64,000 nt of DNA, from assembly GCA_963823665.1 (NCBI GenBank), contig CAWGMQ010000006.1:320001-384000 (forward strand), given 5' to 3'. The position numbers and the translations under genes are program-made. Below the pieces are notes generated by a model. The model worked only from the letters and a program-made list of their open reading frames with translations. It was not told the origin of the DNA and did not search any database. This DNA comes from an uncultured Planctomycetota bacterium. Its GTDB lineage: Bacteria > Planctomycetota > Planctomycetia > Isosphaerales > Isosphaeraceae. Below, piece by piece: positions 33,113-43,098 of the stretch; position 1 is the first letter of the stretch; the number at the start of each line of letters is the position of its first letter.

Positions 33113-33495
33113 ATTAACACCAATCAGACGTTCAACTTACGTCAGCTAATTGCTTCGGCGAGCTTCTGCTCCGGATTGACCATCGAATGGAAGAGGCGTG
33201 GAATTGTCCCGTGATTCTGCGGGTTTTTCATTAGCGCGAGCGCCTGGGTGAGTACCAGGCGCTCTCTGGATCTCCAAGTCGACAGTCGCCTTGCTACCTG
33301 AATCTCGCCCCGCATTGCCGGGATCGCCGGGATTCATGTTGCCCGACGCAAGGTGGCCGCATAGCAGCGAAGCACTCTGCCCCGTCCGAATTGTCGCGAC
33401 GGGGGTTCTCGCGTTGATCGTGCGATCGCTTCCCCCCGATCGTCCCGTTCCCTCCATGTTGGCCGATCTTCGTCCGGAGCGGTATTCTTGACCTC

Positions 33496-34089
33496 ATGAA
33501 CAACGAGGTCACCCGCATCCTCGGCGCCATCGAAGCTGGAAACCCGCAAGCCGCCGATCGGCTACTGCCGCTGGTATACGAAGAGCTGCGCAAGCTGGCG
33601 GCCGCACACATGGCGAACGAGGCGAGCGGCCATACCCTTAACGCAACGGCTTTGGTTCACGAGGCCTATCTGCGACTGGTGGGAGTTCAGCAGTTCAACA
33701 GCCGAGGTCACTTCTTCGCCGCGGCGTCTGAGGCGATGCGGCGCGTGCTGGTCGACCATGCTCGCAACCGCAAGCGGCTTCGAAGAGGCGGTCCTTCGCG
33801 ACGGCGCGAGGAGCTTGAACTCGACGCCGTGGCTCGGCTGGACGCTTCGCCGGACGACTTGCTCGACCTCGACGCCGCCATTTCCCGGCTTGAGCGCGAA
33901 GACCCCCGCGCCGCCTCCCTGGTCAAGCTCCGTATCTTCGCCGGACTGACCCAAGAACAAGCGGCGAAGACGTTGGGGGTGGTCCGACGGACAGCCGACC
34001 GCGACTGGGCGTTCGCACGCGCCTGGCTTTTTCGCCAGCTTTCGGAGAATTCCTGTCGCACGGCGGAGCCAGACGGAGCACGACGATGA
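33496..34089 (+). CDS. ECF sigma factor, TIGR02999/ECF43-like, copy 3
   Basis: Near-identical to copies 1 and 2; sigma4 reads LTQEQAAKTLG. Confidence 0.93.
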   Translation: MNNEVTRILGAIEAGNPQAADRLLPLVYEELRKLAAAHMANEASGHTLNATALVHEAYLRLVGVQQFNSRGHFFAAASEAMRRVLVDHARNRKRLRRGGPSRRREELELDAVARLDASPDDLLDLDAAISRLEREDPRAASLVKLRIFAGLTQEQAAKTLGVVRRTADRDWAFARAWLFRQLSENSCRTAEPDGARR

Positions 34090-34152
34090 GGAGGCCGCTT
34101 TCGGGCCCCCGATCCAGAGTCGTTCCGAGCCGATCCCGAGGAGTGGACGCCC

Positions 34153-37100
34153 ATGACTTCGCCCGCCCCCGACCTGAAGAGCATATTCTGTGAAGCCCTC
34201 GAGCGGCCAGGCGGCCCCGAGCGGGACGCGTATCTCGAGGACGCATGTCGCGGCAACCCAGCGCTCAAGGCGGGGGTCGAGGAGCTACTGGCCGCCCACG
34301 ACCAGGCGGGCCGCTTCCTCGCACAAGGCCCCGAAGGCCCGGTCGCTGGCGGGTCCAAGACTCTTGCCGCCACGGGCACCGATGCGCTGTCGAATGCCAC
34401 CAATGCGGCGGAAACAATTGCGAACGAAACACACGAATTGACGAGAACTTCCGCCTCGGAAACGCTCGGCTTCGCGGAGAATGGGTCTGGCACCACGAAC
34501 GCCACAGCCGTCGACTCAGGGCGGAAAAACCGCCCTGGCGGGTTCGTCCCGGGTCAGGTCATTGCGTTGCGCTACACGCTGAGAAACGTCCTCGGCGAGG
34601 GGGGCCTGGGCACGGTTTACCTGGCCGAACAGACCGAGCCGGTGAAACGCCAGGTCGCGCTCAAGCTGATCAAGCTTGGCATGGACTCGCGCGCGGTTCT
34701 GGCCCGGTTCGACGCCGAACGCCAGGCGCTGGCGCTGATGGATCATCCGAACATCGCCCGCGTTTACGACGGAGGAACCACCGAAACCGGCCAGCCGTTC
34801 TTTGTGATGGAACTGGTCAACGGCCTGCCGATCACGGATTATTGCGACCGCAAACGGCTGCCGTTCAAGGCCCGGTTGGAGCTGTTCGTGGCCGTTTGCC
34901 AGGCGGTGCAGCATGCCCATCAAAAAGGAATCATCCACCGCGACCTCAAGCCTTCGAACGTGATGGTCACCGAGGTTGACGGCCGTCCCACGCCCAAGGT
35001 CATCGATTTCGGCGTGGCCAAGGCCACGGAGTTCGACCTGACCGACCAGAGCCTGGGGGATACCGGAGCGATCGTCGGCACGCCTACCTATATGTCGCCC
35101 GAGCAAGCGGACCCGTCGTCGATGGACATCGACACACGGACCGACGTGTATGCGCTGGGCGTGATCCTCTACGAGTTGCTCGCCGGTTCGCCGCCGCTGG
35201 ATGCATCGCAATTCAAGCGAGGTGCGCTCTTGGAGATGCTGCGCATGGTGCGGGAGGTCGATCCGCCCCGTCCAAGCACGAAGGTGAGCACGGCGGAAGG
35301 GCTGCCCAACATCGCGGCCGGTCGCAGCATCGATCCGGCGCAATTGAAGCGAGCATTGACGGGCGATCTCGACTGGATCGTGATGAAGGCCTTGGAGAAG
35401 GACCGCACCCGGCGGTACGAGACGGCCAACGGCTTCGCCGCCGACATCAATCGGCACCTCTCGTGCGAGCCGGTACTGGCCGCGCCGCCGAGTCGGGTCT
35501 ACCGAATGAAGAAATTTGTCCGCAAGCATCGCGGCGGGGTGCTTGCCGCGAGCCTGGTGCTACTGTCGCTGCTGGGCGGCTTGGCCGCGGTGGCGGCGGT
35601 GCAGACGGTGGCCAACGCCAGGCTCGCGGCCTCGCTGAGGAGAGAAACGACCGCGAACATGGCCCTGAATGAAGCCAACGGCCAGCTCACCCAATCACGT
35701 GCGGCCGTGGAGGCGCGGTACAAGCTGGCGATGGACGCGATCAAGACGTTTCACACCGGCGTGAGTGAGGACTTCCTGCTCAAGGAGGAGAAATTCAAGG
35801 AGCTGCGCGACCGGCTCTTGAAATCGGCCGCGGACTTCTACGGCAAGCTCGGCGCCCTGCTCGGCAAGGAGACCGATATCGCCTCGCGGCGGGCGCTGGC
35901 GCAGTCCAACTTCGAGCTGGCCGGGCTGACGGACAAGGTCGGCCGCAACCAGGACGCCCTGGCGGCGCATCGTGCGGTGCTGGCGGCTCGCGAGGCGCTG
36001 GCGGCCGAACCGGGAGCCGGCACCCTGGCCAACGTCGACGTCGGGCGCAGCTTGATCGCAGTCGCCGGGCTGCTCGCAGCGACGGGCAAGACGGACGAGG
36101 CGCTGGCGTCCTACCGGCGGTCGGAGTCGCTGCTGGCGGGCGTGGCGGGTGCCGATCCATCGGCGCTGGCGGCGCTGGCGGCCTGCCGGTCGCAAATGGG
36201 TTGGCTCCTACAGAAGACGGGCAAGACCTCCGACGCCCTGGCGGCCTTACGGCTGGCGCGGGCCGACCAGGAGGCGCTGGCCGCCGCTCCCGAAGCCTCC
36301 AACGATGCCCGCCACGACCTGGCGGAAACCATCGCTCGCATCGGCCTCCTGCTGTTTTGGACGGGCAAGACGGCGGAGGGGGAGGCCGAGTACCGCAAGG
36401 CGATGTCGCTCTACCAGAAGTTGGCCGACGACAACCCCGCTGTCACCCAATTCCGCAGCGACCTGGCGCAAAGCCACTACCACCTCGGCGGCCATTTGGA
36501 CTGGGTCAAGCCCGAGGAGGCGGAGGCCGAGCATCGCCGGGCGGTGGCGCTCTCCCAGGAGCTGGTCGACGACCACCCCGCCGTCACCGAATTCCGCGGC
36601 GGCCTGGCCTGGAGCCACGACGGCCTCGGCTGGTCGCTGTGGCACACGGGCAAGCTGGCGGAGGCGGAGGCCGGGCTCCGCAAGGCGGTGGCGCTCTTCC
36701 AGAAGCTGGCCGACGACAACCCCGCCGTCGCCCGCTTCCGCCTCGGCCTGGCGCAAGACCACTTCACCCTCGGCCACGTGTTTTCGTCCATGGGCAAGCC
36801 AGTCGCGGCGGAGGCCGAGTACCGCAAATCGCTGTCGATCCGGCAGAAGCTGGCCGCCGACAACCCCGCCGACACCGAATTCCGCTTCCGCCTGGCGCAC
36901 AGCCACTTATGGCTCGGCGGCGTGCTGTCGAGCACGGACAGGCCGGCGGAGGCGGAGGCCGAGTACCGCAAGGCGATGACGCTCAACCAGAAGCTGGCCG
37001 ACGACGAGCCCGCCGTCACCGAATTCCCCAACTGGCTGGCGTGGAATCACCGCGCGCTCGCCGAGCTGCTGTCGAAGATGGGCAAGCCGGCGGAGGCGGA

Positions 37101-38055
37101 GGCCGAGCTCCGCAAGGCGCTGGCGATCCGGCAGAAGCTGGTCGACAACGACCCCGCCGACACCAGCGGGCGCCAGTGGCTGGCGGACAGCCACTTCGAC
37201 CTCGGCATCCTGCTGTCGAAGACGGGCAAGCCGGCGGAGGCCGAGGCCGGGCTCCGCAAGGCGCTGGCGATCCGGCAGAAGCTGGCCGACGACTACCCCG
37301 CCGTCGTCAACTTCGGCAGGAGCCCGGCGGAATTGCACTTCAACCTCGGCATCCTGCTGTGGAACACGGGCAAGCCGGCGGAGGCGGAGGCCGAGGACCG
37401 CAAGGCGGTGGCGATCCGGCAGAAGCTGGTCGACGACAACCCCTCTGACATCGATCTCCGCCGTGACCTGTCCCTCGAATATCTGAGGGTAGCTACCGTC
37501 CAGGCGTGGTTTGGGCAGGACAAAGAGCTTTCCTCCACTTGCGAGAAACTTCTTTCGCTCGCGAGAAATACGGAAGATTCCGCGGTCGCCGAAAGGGCGG
37601 CGAAGTGTTGCAGCCTGCGCCAGGCTGACTCCAAGCGGTGCGAACCCGCGCTGGTTCTCGCCCGTCGCGCGGTGGAACATGGAAAGGGTTCCCAGTGGCT
37701 GGTTTATTTCGAGATGGCCCTCGGCATGGCGGAGTACCGTAGCGGACACTTCGCGGAAGCCGACGCTGCGCTGATCGCCGCAGCAACTGGCGGCAAGGAC
37801 AACCCGCGCGTGGTCGGCACGTCGGCGTTCTACCGCGCGATGGGCCTATTTCGGCAGGGCAAGACCGACCTTGCCCGCAAGCTCGCCACCGAGGCGGCCG
37901 CCAAGATGAAACCGCTGCCGGTCGACGAGCAGAAACCGCTCCAGGGCGGTGCCGACCACGACGACCTGATCATGTGGCTGGCCTACAAGGAAGCGAAGGC
38001 AATGATCCGGCTTGACGCGACCCCCTCCGGCGCGGCGCAGCCCCACACGAAATGA
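34153..38055 (+). CDS. Membrane Ser/Thr protein kinase with TPR array, copy 3 (8 x 48-aa repeats)
   Basis: Same architecture as copies 1 and 2, with one extra repeat. Confidence 0.95.
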   Translation: MTSPAPDLKSIFCEALERPGGPERDAYLEDACRGNPALKAGVEELLAAHDQAGRFLAQGPEGPVAGGSKTLAATGTDALSNATNAAETIANETHELTRTSASETLGFAENGSGTTNATAVDSGRKNRPGGFVPGQVIALRYTLRNVLGEGGLGTVYLAEQTEPVKRQVALKLIKLGMDSRAVLARFDAERQALALMDHPNIARVYDGGTTETGQPFFVMELVNGLPITDYCDRKRLPFKARLELFVAVCQAVQHAHQKGIIHRDLKPSNVMVTEVDGRPTPKVIDFGVAKATEFDLTDQSLGDTGAIVGTPTYMSPEQADPSSMDIDTRTDVYALGVILYELLAGSPPLDASQFKRGALLEMLRMVREVDPPRPSTKVSTAEGLPNIAAGRSIDPAQLKRALTGDLDWIVMKALEKDRTRRYETANGFAADINRHLSCEPVLAAPPSRVYRMKKFVRKHRGGVLAASLVLLSLLGGLAAVAAVQTVANARLAASLRRETTANMALNEANGQLTQSRAAVEARYKLAMDAIKTFHTGVSEDFLLKEEKFKELRDRLLKSAADFYGKLGALLGKETDIASRRALAQSNFELAGLTDKVGRNQDALAAHRAVLAAREALAAEPGAGTLANVDVGRSLIAVAGLLAATGKTDEALASYRRSESLLAGVAGADPSALAALAACRSQMGWLLQKTGKTSDALAALRLARADQEALAAAPEASNDARHDLAETIARIGLLLFWTGKTAEGEAEYRKAMSLYQKLADDNPAVTQFRSDLAQSHYHLGGHLDWVKPEEAEAEHRRAVALSQELVDDHPAVTEFRGGLAWSHDGLGWSLWHTGKLAEAEAGLRKAVALFQKLADDNPAVARFRLGLAQDHFTLGHVFSSMGKPVAAEAEYRKSLSIRQKLAADNPADTEFRFRLAHSHLWLGGVLSSTDRPAEAEAEYRKAMTLNQKLADDEPAVTEFPNWLAWNHRALAELLSKMGKPAEAEAELRKALAIRQKLVDNDPADTSGRQWLADSHFDLGILLSKTGKPAEAEAGLRKALAIRQKLADDYPAVVNFGRSPAELHFNLGILLWNTGKPAEAEAEDRKAVAIRQKLVDDNPSDIDLRRDLSLEYLRVATVQAWFGQDKELSSTCEKLLSLARNTEDSAVAERAAKCCSLRQADSKRCEPALVLARRAVEHGKGSQWLVYFEMALGMAEYRSGHFAEADAALIAAATGGKDNPRVVGTSAFYRAMGLFRQGKTDLARKLATEAAAKMKPLPVDEQKPLQGGADHDDLIMWLAYKEAKAMIRLDATPSGAAQPHTK

Positions 38056-38497
38056 CCGCGTGTCTGGGATGGGACGGAAACAGGGACGGGACGGAAACAG
38101 GGACGCGACTAGTATCGACAAAGCCGGCGGGGTAGTGGCGGACGGAAACCGCAACGTCTCCAACCGCTCGGATTGATGGCGATAGGCCGGTTCAGTTGCT
38201 CATCCTGAGCGATCAAGTCCGAGTCTAGCAATCTGGATCTGGGAGTGCATCACGCACCCGCAGTTTGAGCCGCAAAACGATGTTTCTTTCGCCGAAAGCC
38301 GGGGCCAACGAAAAACCCCCGGCTGGCAGGACCGAGCGCCTCTCCTTAACGGGTTTTGTGCCTATCGGTCGCAAGACCGCTCCGGCATCGACCGCGAATC
38401 ACTTGGGACGGGTTTACCGGTGTAATCCGACATCGGCCGCCGCGCGTCAGCCTATCACGCATCATCAAGCCTGTCCGGGCCTGCATTCGGACGCGAG

Positions 38498-38700
38498 TTG
38501 GGAACAAATTGGGAACAGTATTGGCAACGTCAGCCCCATGCGGCCACAATGCGAAAACACCAAGGTGGCGACGTGCGAGCCTTGGATTTGCAGACTTTAA
38601 GCACCACCGCAACGTGTTTCCAATACCACGACTATGGCAGAAGTCCCGGACTCAAAATCCGGTCCCCGCAAGGGGCGTGGTTTCTAATCCGACGGTCGGT
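38498..38700 (+). repeat. att-like unit 3: TTGG(G/C)AAC x3 plus degenerate tRNA-Leu(CAA) extending through the variable and T arms
   Basis: Repeats at 38498, 38509 and 38521; ATGGCAGAAGTCCCGGACTCAAAATCCGGTCCCCGCAAGGGGCGTGGTTTCTAATCCGACGGTCGGT at 38634-38700. Confidence 0.78.
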
Positions 38701-40067
38701 TCGAGTGGGAGATTCGACGAGGGTTCGCAGTTCGCGAACGCACGCAAGGCTTGCATCACTTCGGGACGGATGACGATCGAGGGGCGAGCTTCGCGCAGTA
38801 TTGCGACGGCCTCGTCGATCGTGCCGGCCTGTCCGCTGGCAAGGAGGTAGGCCCCGACGACAGCGGCGCTGCGCGAGTAACCGATCTTGCAATGCACGTA
38901 CACAGTGCCACTCGCCGATTCCTCGGCGATGAATGTTGTCGCTTCGTGTAACTGGTCCTGCGTCGGAGCTGTCAGATCGAGGATTGGAAGGTTCCGATAC
39001 CTCGTGTCACGGAAAGCCGCCGGCTCCGAGAATTCCGCCGTCAAGTCCAGCACGGCCGTCACGCCCTGCTTCTTGGCCTCGGTGGCCTCCGATTCGGAGA
39101 GGGTGCGACCGATCACGATCGCCGGCACCACTTCGTCCCATGCGTGGCATTGACCGCGATAGTAGATGAGCGACAGGTACTGCCCGGTCAAGATCGGAGC
39201 CAGCACGAACCGCGTGCTCCAGGGCAGCCGGCCGTCGGCTTTGCGGAAGATCCCCGGTCCGAATCCGAAATAGGCGCCGGCAGTTATCCCCAGCCCGGCC
39301 GCCGGCCAAAGCAGGAACGCGCCCCAGAGGCCAAGCGCGTTCGCCAGCATCAGCACCAACACGGCTCCCGTGGTGTAGTAGCAGCCGACCCGGACGTTCG
39401 GCGTCACGGGGCAGCGCGAGTCTGATTCTCGGAAAACGTAGAATGCGAATCCGGCCAGAATCAATCCGCCCGCAATGTCCACCACATGGTGCTGCCAGGT
39501 CAACAGCGTGGCAATACCGATCAAGATAAACCATGTGCACAATAGAGCCCGGACGATCCCGCGCGAATGGCGGGCGTAAATGTCGGCCACGATCAGGCAC
39601 AGCACGATATGCAGCGACGGAAACAGGTTGTGCGGGTATTCCATCAGGAACGGCGCCGTGCATGACTGCTCGACGAAGTCCCCGAACCATCCGCCGACGG
39701 AGGGCCGCGCGGGCCAGTGCAGCTTCAGCGGCATTAGCAGGAAGAAGGCCGCAGCCACCGTGATCGAGAACACCACCCGCTGCGCGAAGGTACGTAGCTC
39801 CCGTTCGTTCCGGCACAGGAACGTGGCCATGAAGAAGAAGGCGTCCATTGACATGTACGGCACGATCAAGAGCGGCGCGTAGGGGATGACCGTCAACTCC
39901 CAGGCGAAATACCACGTTTGCACGTTCGCGACGGGATGATGAGCGGTAAGCCAATTCGTGGCGCCGTAGACGACCACGAAAAGCAAGGATAGAAGCACCG
40001 ACGTTCCGGCGGCCCGAAGGATCAGGATCCGACTCGGCGGGCGGCCGACACCGTGAATATGCCACAC
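38652..40067 (-). CDS. ynbD: PAP2-like membrane domain + dual-specificity phosphatase (YnbD-like)
   Basis: NLFPSLHI, LLTWQHHVVDIAGG, VLDLTAEF, VYVHCKIGYSRS. Start uncertain. Confidence 0.85.
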   Translation of the reverse strand: MWHIHGVGRPPSRILILRAAGTSVLLSLLFVVVYGATNWLTAHHPVANVQTWYFAWELTVIPYAPLLIVPYMSMDAFFFMATFLCRNERELRTFAQRVVFSITVAAAFFLLMPLKLHWPARPSVGGWFGDFVEQSCTAPFLMEYPHNLFPSLHIVLCLIVADIYARHSRGIVRALLCTWFILIGIATLLTWQHHVVDIAGGLILAGFAFYVFRESDSRCPVTPNVRVGCYYTTGAVLVLMLANALGLWGAFLLWPAAGLGITAGAYFGFGPGIFRKADGRLPWSTRFVLAPILTGQYLSLIYYRGQCHAWDEVVPAIVIGRTLSESEATEAKKQGVTAVLDLTAEFSEPAAFRDTRYRNLPILDLTAPTQDQLHEATTFIAEESASGTVYVHCKIGYSRSAAVVGAYLLASGQAGTIDEAVAILREARPSIVIRPEVMQALRAFANCEPSSNLPLEPTVGLETTPLAGTGF

Positions 40068-41784
40068 GGGTCGATCTCCTGTGAAATCTTTTCGAAGCCA
40101 GCGTTTCGGACCAGTTCGTCCATTTCCGCCTGCGTGCGGCGGCGCATGATCCACGGTTGGCCCTCGCGGTTGGCCAGCACCCGCGCGATGAACTCGACCT
40201 GAGGATGCCACGGCTGATTGGTGTAAATCAGATGCCCACCCGGCTCGACGGCGTCGGCCAATCCTCGCAGCGAACGGACCACGGGTCCGTTGTCCGGAAA
40301 GAGTTCATACAGGCCAGAGGCAATGGCAATCGTGGGCCGCGGCGTGATCTTTGCCAACCGGGCCCGATCAAAGGCATCGGCGTGGGCCAACGTAACCTGT
40401 GTCAGACCGAGCTCGTCCCGCAGTCGGGCGGCGGCATCCAGGTTCTCCTGCTTGTAGTCGCGCAGGACGGCCGAAATGGGAATCGGGCGTAGCGTGTGGA
40501 TCGTCTCGAGAACGTATCGGCCCGGCCCGGAAGCAATGTCGAGCAGTCGCACCGGACGGCCCGCGGCGTGAGTCTGTTCGATGAGCGAGCGCAGCGTCTG
40601 TTCCAGCAGCGTCCGACGGACGCGAATGCCGCGCCAGCCGATGGCATTGAGAAACGCGCGGTCGATGAGACGACCCAGCGGCGTCAGGCCTTGGGCGCGG
40701 TTCTGGTAGATGTAATCGAGCATGATGCCGGAATCGAAGCCGTGCTTCCAGCCGAGGTCGATGCCGCGGCTGAGCCGGCCTGGCCCCTTCATCAGCCAGC
40801 GCACGGCGGCGAACCGGAGACCGCCCGGCCGCTGCAGGCGCTGGTACTCGCCGTGCGTGAAGCCATGCCGATCGGCATCGACGAGCGACGGTGGCGACGG
40901 AGGTTCGCGCGAAGCGCTCGCCGATCCAGTCGCGCACCTTCTCGACAACGAGGCGCCGATCCCTCTCGTGAAAGATCGCGTGGGAGAACCCGGTCAGCAC
41001 CTCGAAGCGCTTGACCGCGGAGGAGGCGCGATCGACAAACTGCCGCTGGGCCCTTTCATGCACGACCCAGTCCGAACTCGCGGCGAGCACGAGCAACGGC
41101 ACATTCATGGCGCCTGCGTCGTCCAGTAGCCGCGTCGAGGTATCGTGCAGGTCGAGGAGCATGTTCACCGCGATCTGCCGAAAGATCAGCGGGTCGGCGT
41201 TATAGTGCGCAGCCTGTTCCGGGTCGTGGGTGACCATGGTCGCTTTGACGAAGCTCTTGACGTATCCGGGACCGAACAATCGCTGCCGCAACCGGAGGAG
41301 CGGTACGGCAAACGGCACGTACAGCTTCACGCGGAAGGCCGGCGTGGCAAGGATCAACCCGCCTACCGGCGGCGCGTAGTCATGGACCCATGCTGTCGCG
41401 ATCACGGCGCCCAAGCTGTGAGCGAGTACCACCGTGCCGGGCAGCTCGATTCCAAACGTTGTGCAGAGGTGGTGCACCCATTCATCGACATCGCGGATCA
41501 CGGTCGCCAGGTCCGGCGCCGTTACCGCGCTCACCGGAGGAAAGACCGTGTCCGCGCTGGTCCCAGGCGAAAACAGAAAAATCGTCCAATCCCAGCGCAC
41601 GAACGGTCTCTTGCCAGCGGCGCGAGTGTTCGTGGCCACGGTGAAACAAGAGCAGGGCTTTGCTGGTTGGCTCCTCGGGCAGCCAGGCGCGGTAAAACAG
41701 CTCGGCCCCGTCGCGCAGCGTTAACGTGTGCTCGGTTGGATCGAGCACGGCCGGCGGGCGGATTCGTTCCTGTGTAGCGAGCAT
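40022..41784 (-). CDS. ynbC: Bifunctional alpha/beta hydrolase / class I SAM methyltransferase (YnbC-like); 2 frameshifts
   Basis: LFHRGHEHS, FAWDQRGHG, AHSLG, GFDSGIMLDYIY, LLDIASGPGRY, YTNQPWHPQ, MRRRTQAEMD. Shifts at ~41520 and ~40910. Confidence 0.85.
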
Positions 41785-41796
41785 ATGAAATTTTCC

Positions 41797-42213
41797 TTAT
41801 TTCACATGAGGAGTTTCTCGTTGCCATTCTTTCGCCCACACATATGCAATCGTCAACAGGGCGCAGACGATGTGAAAGTAGCGTGCGCCGGCAATATCGT
41901 ACGGCGAGAGCGTCGGCTCAACTTTATCGCGAACGAGCGTGATCTCAGCGGCGCTCGACCCGGTGGACGGGTAATCCTTGAAGGCCGCCCGGATGGCCTC
42001 ACGCTCGAGGGCGGTCGCCTCGATGGCTCCCTCGTTCTTGAATGCGAAGCACGCAAACAAGATGGTGATCAGGACGGTCGTCACGAATTCCCGGCGCTGC
42101 CGGAACGTCGAGAATCCGACGATGCCGCCGATCACGAGGACGTAAATCGTCCAGTACCATTGCAAAGCCACCGAGCGTTCGAAGTACGCCTGGATCAATT
42201 GGCTGTAGTTCAT
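41797..42213 (-). CDS. Hypothetical membrane protein (3 TM)
   Basis: GGAGG RBS, three hydrophobic segments, located inside the operon. Confidence 0.8.
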   Translation of the reverse strand: MNYSQLIQAYFERSVALQWYWTIYVLVIGGIVGFSTFRQRREFVTTVLITILFACFAFKNEGAIEATALEREAIRAAFKDYPSTGSSAAEITLVRDKVEPTLSPYDIAGARYFHIVCALLTIAYVWAKEWQRETPHVK

Positions 42214-42311
42214 GGGACCTCCTGGTTACGGACCGGTTTCGACACGATTTCCTCAAGCACGAACGCCAGGGCCTCTTTCGATCCTTCCTTCGATGACTTT
42301 CTCAGGCCGGG

Positions 42312-43046
42312 TCACGCGGCTGGCTCAGCGTGCCCGAGGGACATCACGGCGTCGCGCAACTCGCGGCAGATATGCGTCCTTGATTCCTTGGTGGGCTTCA
42401 GGTGCGCATAGACGCGCGGCGCGCCAATCGTCAGTCGGACCGCCTTGGGCCGGGGAAACCACGCGCCCTTCGGCAGGGCGGAATGCGTGCCGGCCAGGTG
42501 ACACGGGATGACGGGAATATCGCGGTCCGCCGCCAGGAAGGCGACGCCCGGCTTGAAATCGCCAGGCTCGAAGCCGTCGGTGCGCGTCCCCTCGGGGAAC
42601 AGGATCAGAATGGTGCCCGGCTTCTCTTCCAGTAGCTGGGCGCACTCTCTCAAACTTTGCCAGCAAGCGAACTGTCGATCGAACGGCAACACGTTGACGA
42701 TCAGCTTGGCGAGGAAGGACAACACAGGATTCACGCAAAAGTACTCTGACGCGGCGACCGGAAACGTCCGGTGCAACTGGCGGACGGGCAGCGCCGACAA
42801 CAGGCAGAGCGTATCGAGGTGACTGGCATGATTCGCGACCAGAATAAGCGAGCGATCCGCCGGCAGGTTCTGGCGGCCGACGATCGTGAGCCTGTTGTAG
42901 CCGTGCAGCCAGGCGCGCATCACCACCGCCGCCAGCGAGCGCACCCCACGGACCAGCACACCTGGCTCGTGCCAGAAGTCTCGCAGGGCATGCCCTCGCG
43001 CCGAATCGACGCCGTCCGCCAATTCAAGTAATAGCTGTTCCATCAC
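42312..43046 (-). CDS. Lysophospholipid acyltransferase (PlsC-like)
   Basis: ANHASHLD, FPEGTR, FKPG motifs. Confidence 0.9.
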   Translation of the reverse strand: MMEQLLLELADGVDSARGHALRDFWHEPGVLVRGVRSLAAVVMRAWLHGYNRLTIVGRQNLPADRSLILVANHASHLDTLCLLSALPVRQLHRTFPVAASEYFCVNPVLSFLAKLIVNVLPFDRQFACWQSLRECAQLLEEKPGTILILFPEGTRTDGFEPGDFKPGVAFLAADRDIPVIPCHLAGTHSALPKGAWFPRPKAVRLTIGAPRVYAHLKPTKESRTHICRELRDAVMSLGHAEPAA

Positions 43047-43098
43047 CCGTTCATTTCAATTTTCGCTTTCACAGCTTGATTCCAACTCGCCGCGAATA

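Noticed and set aside
19110..37460. CRISPR array suggested by the 126-bp and 144-bp periodic repeats
   Set aside because: The repeats are in-frame protein-coding TPR units with no repeat-spacer structure, and there are no cas genes.
19110..37460. Diversity-generating retroelement acting on the TPR arrays
   Set aside because: No reverse transcriptase or non-coding template repeat is present in the window, and the variation is not restricted to adenines.
12624..38700. Functional tRNA genes
   Set aside because: All six tRNA-like segments lack the 5' acceptor strand, and most carry stem or loop lesions.
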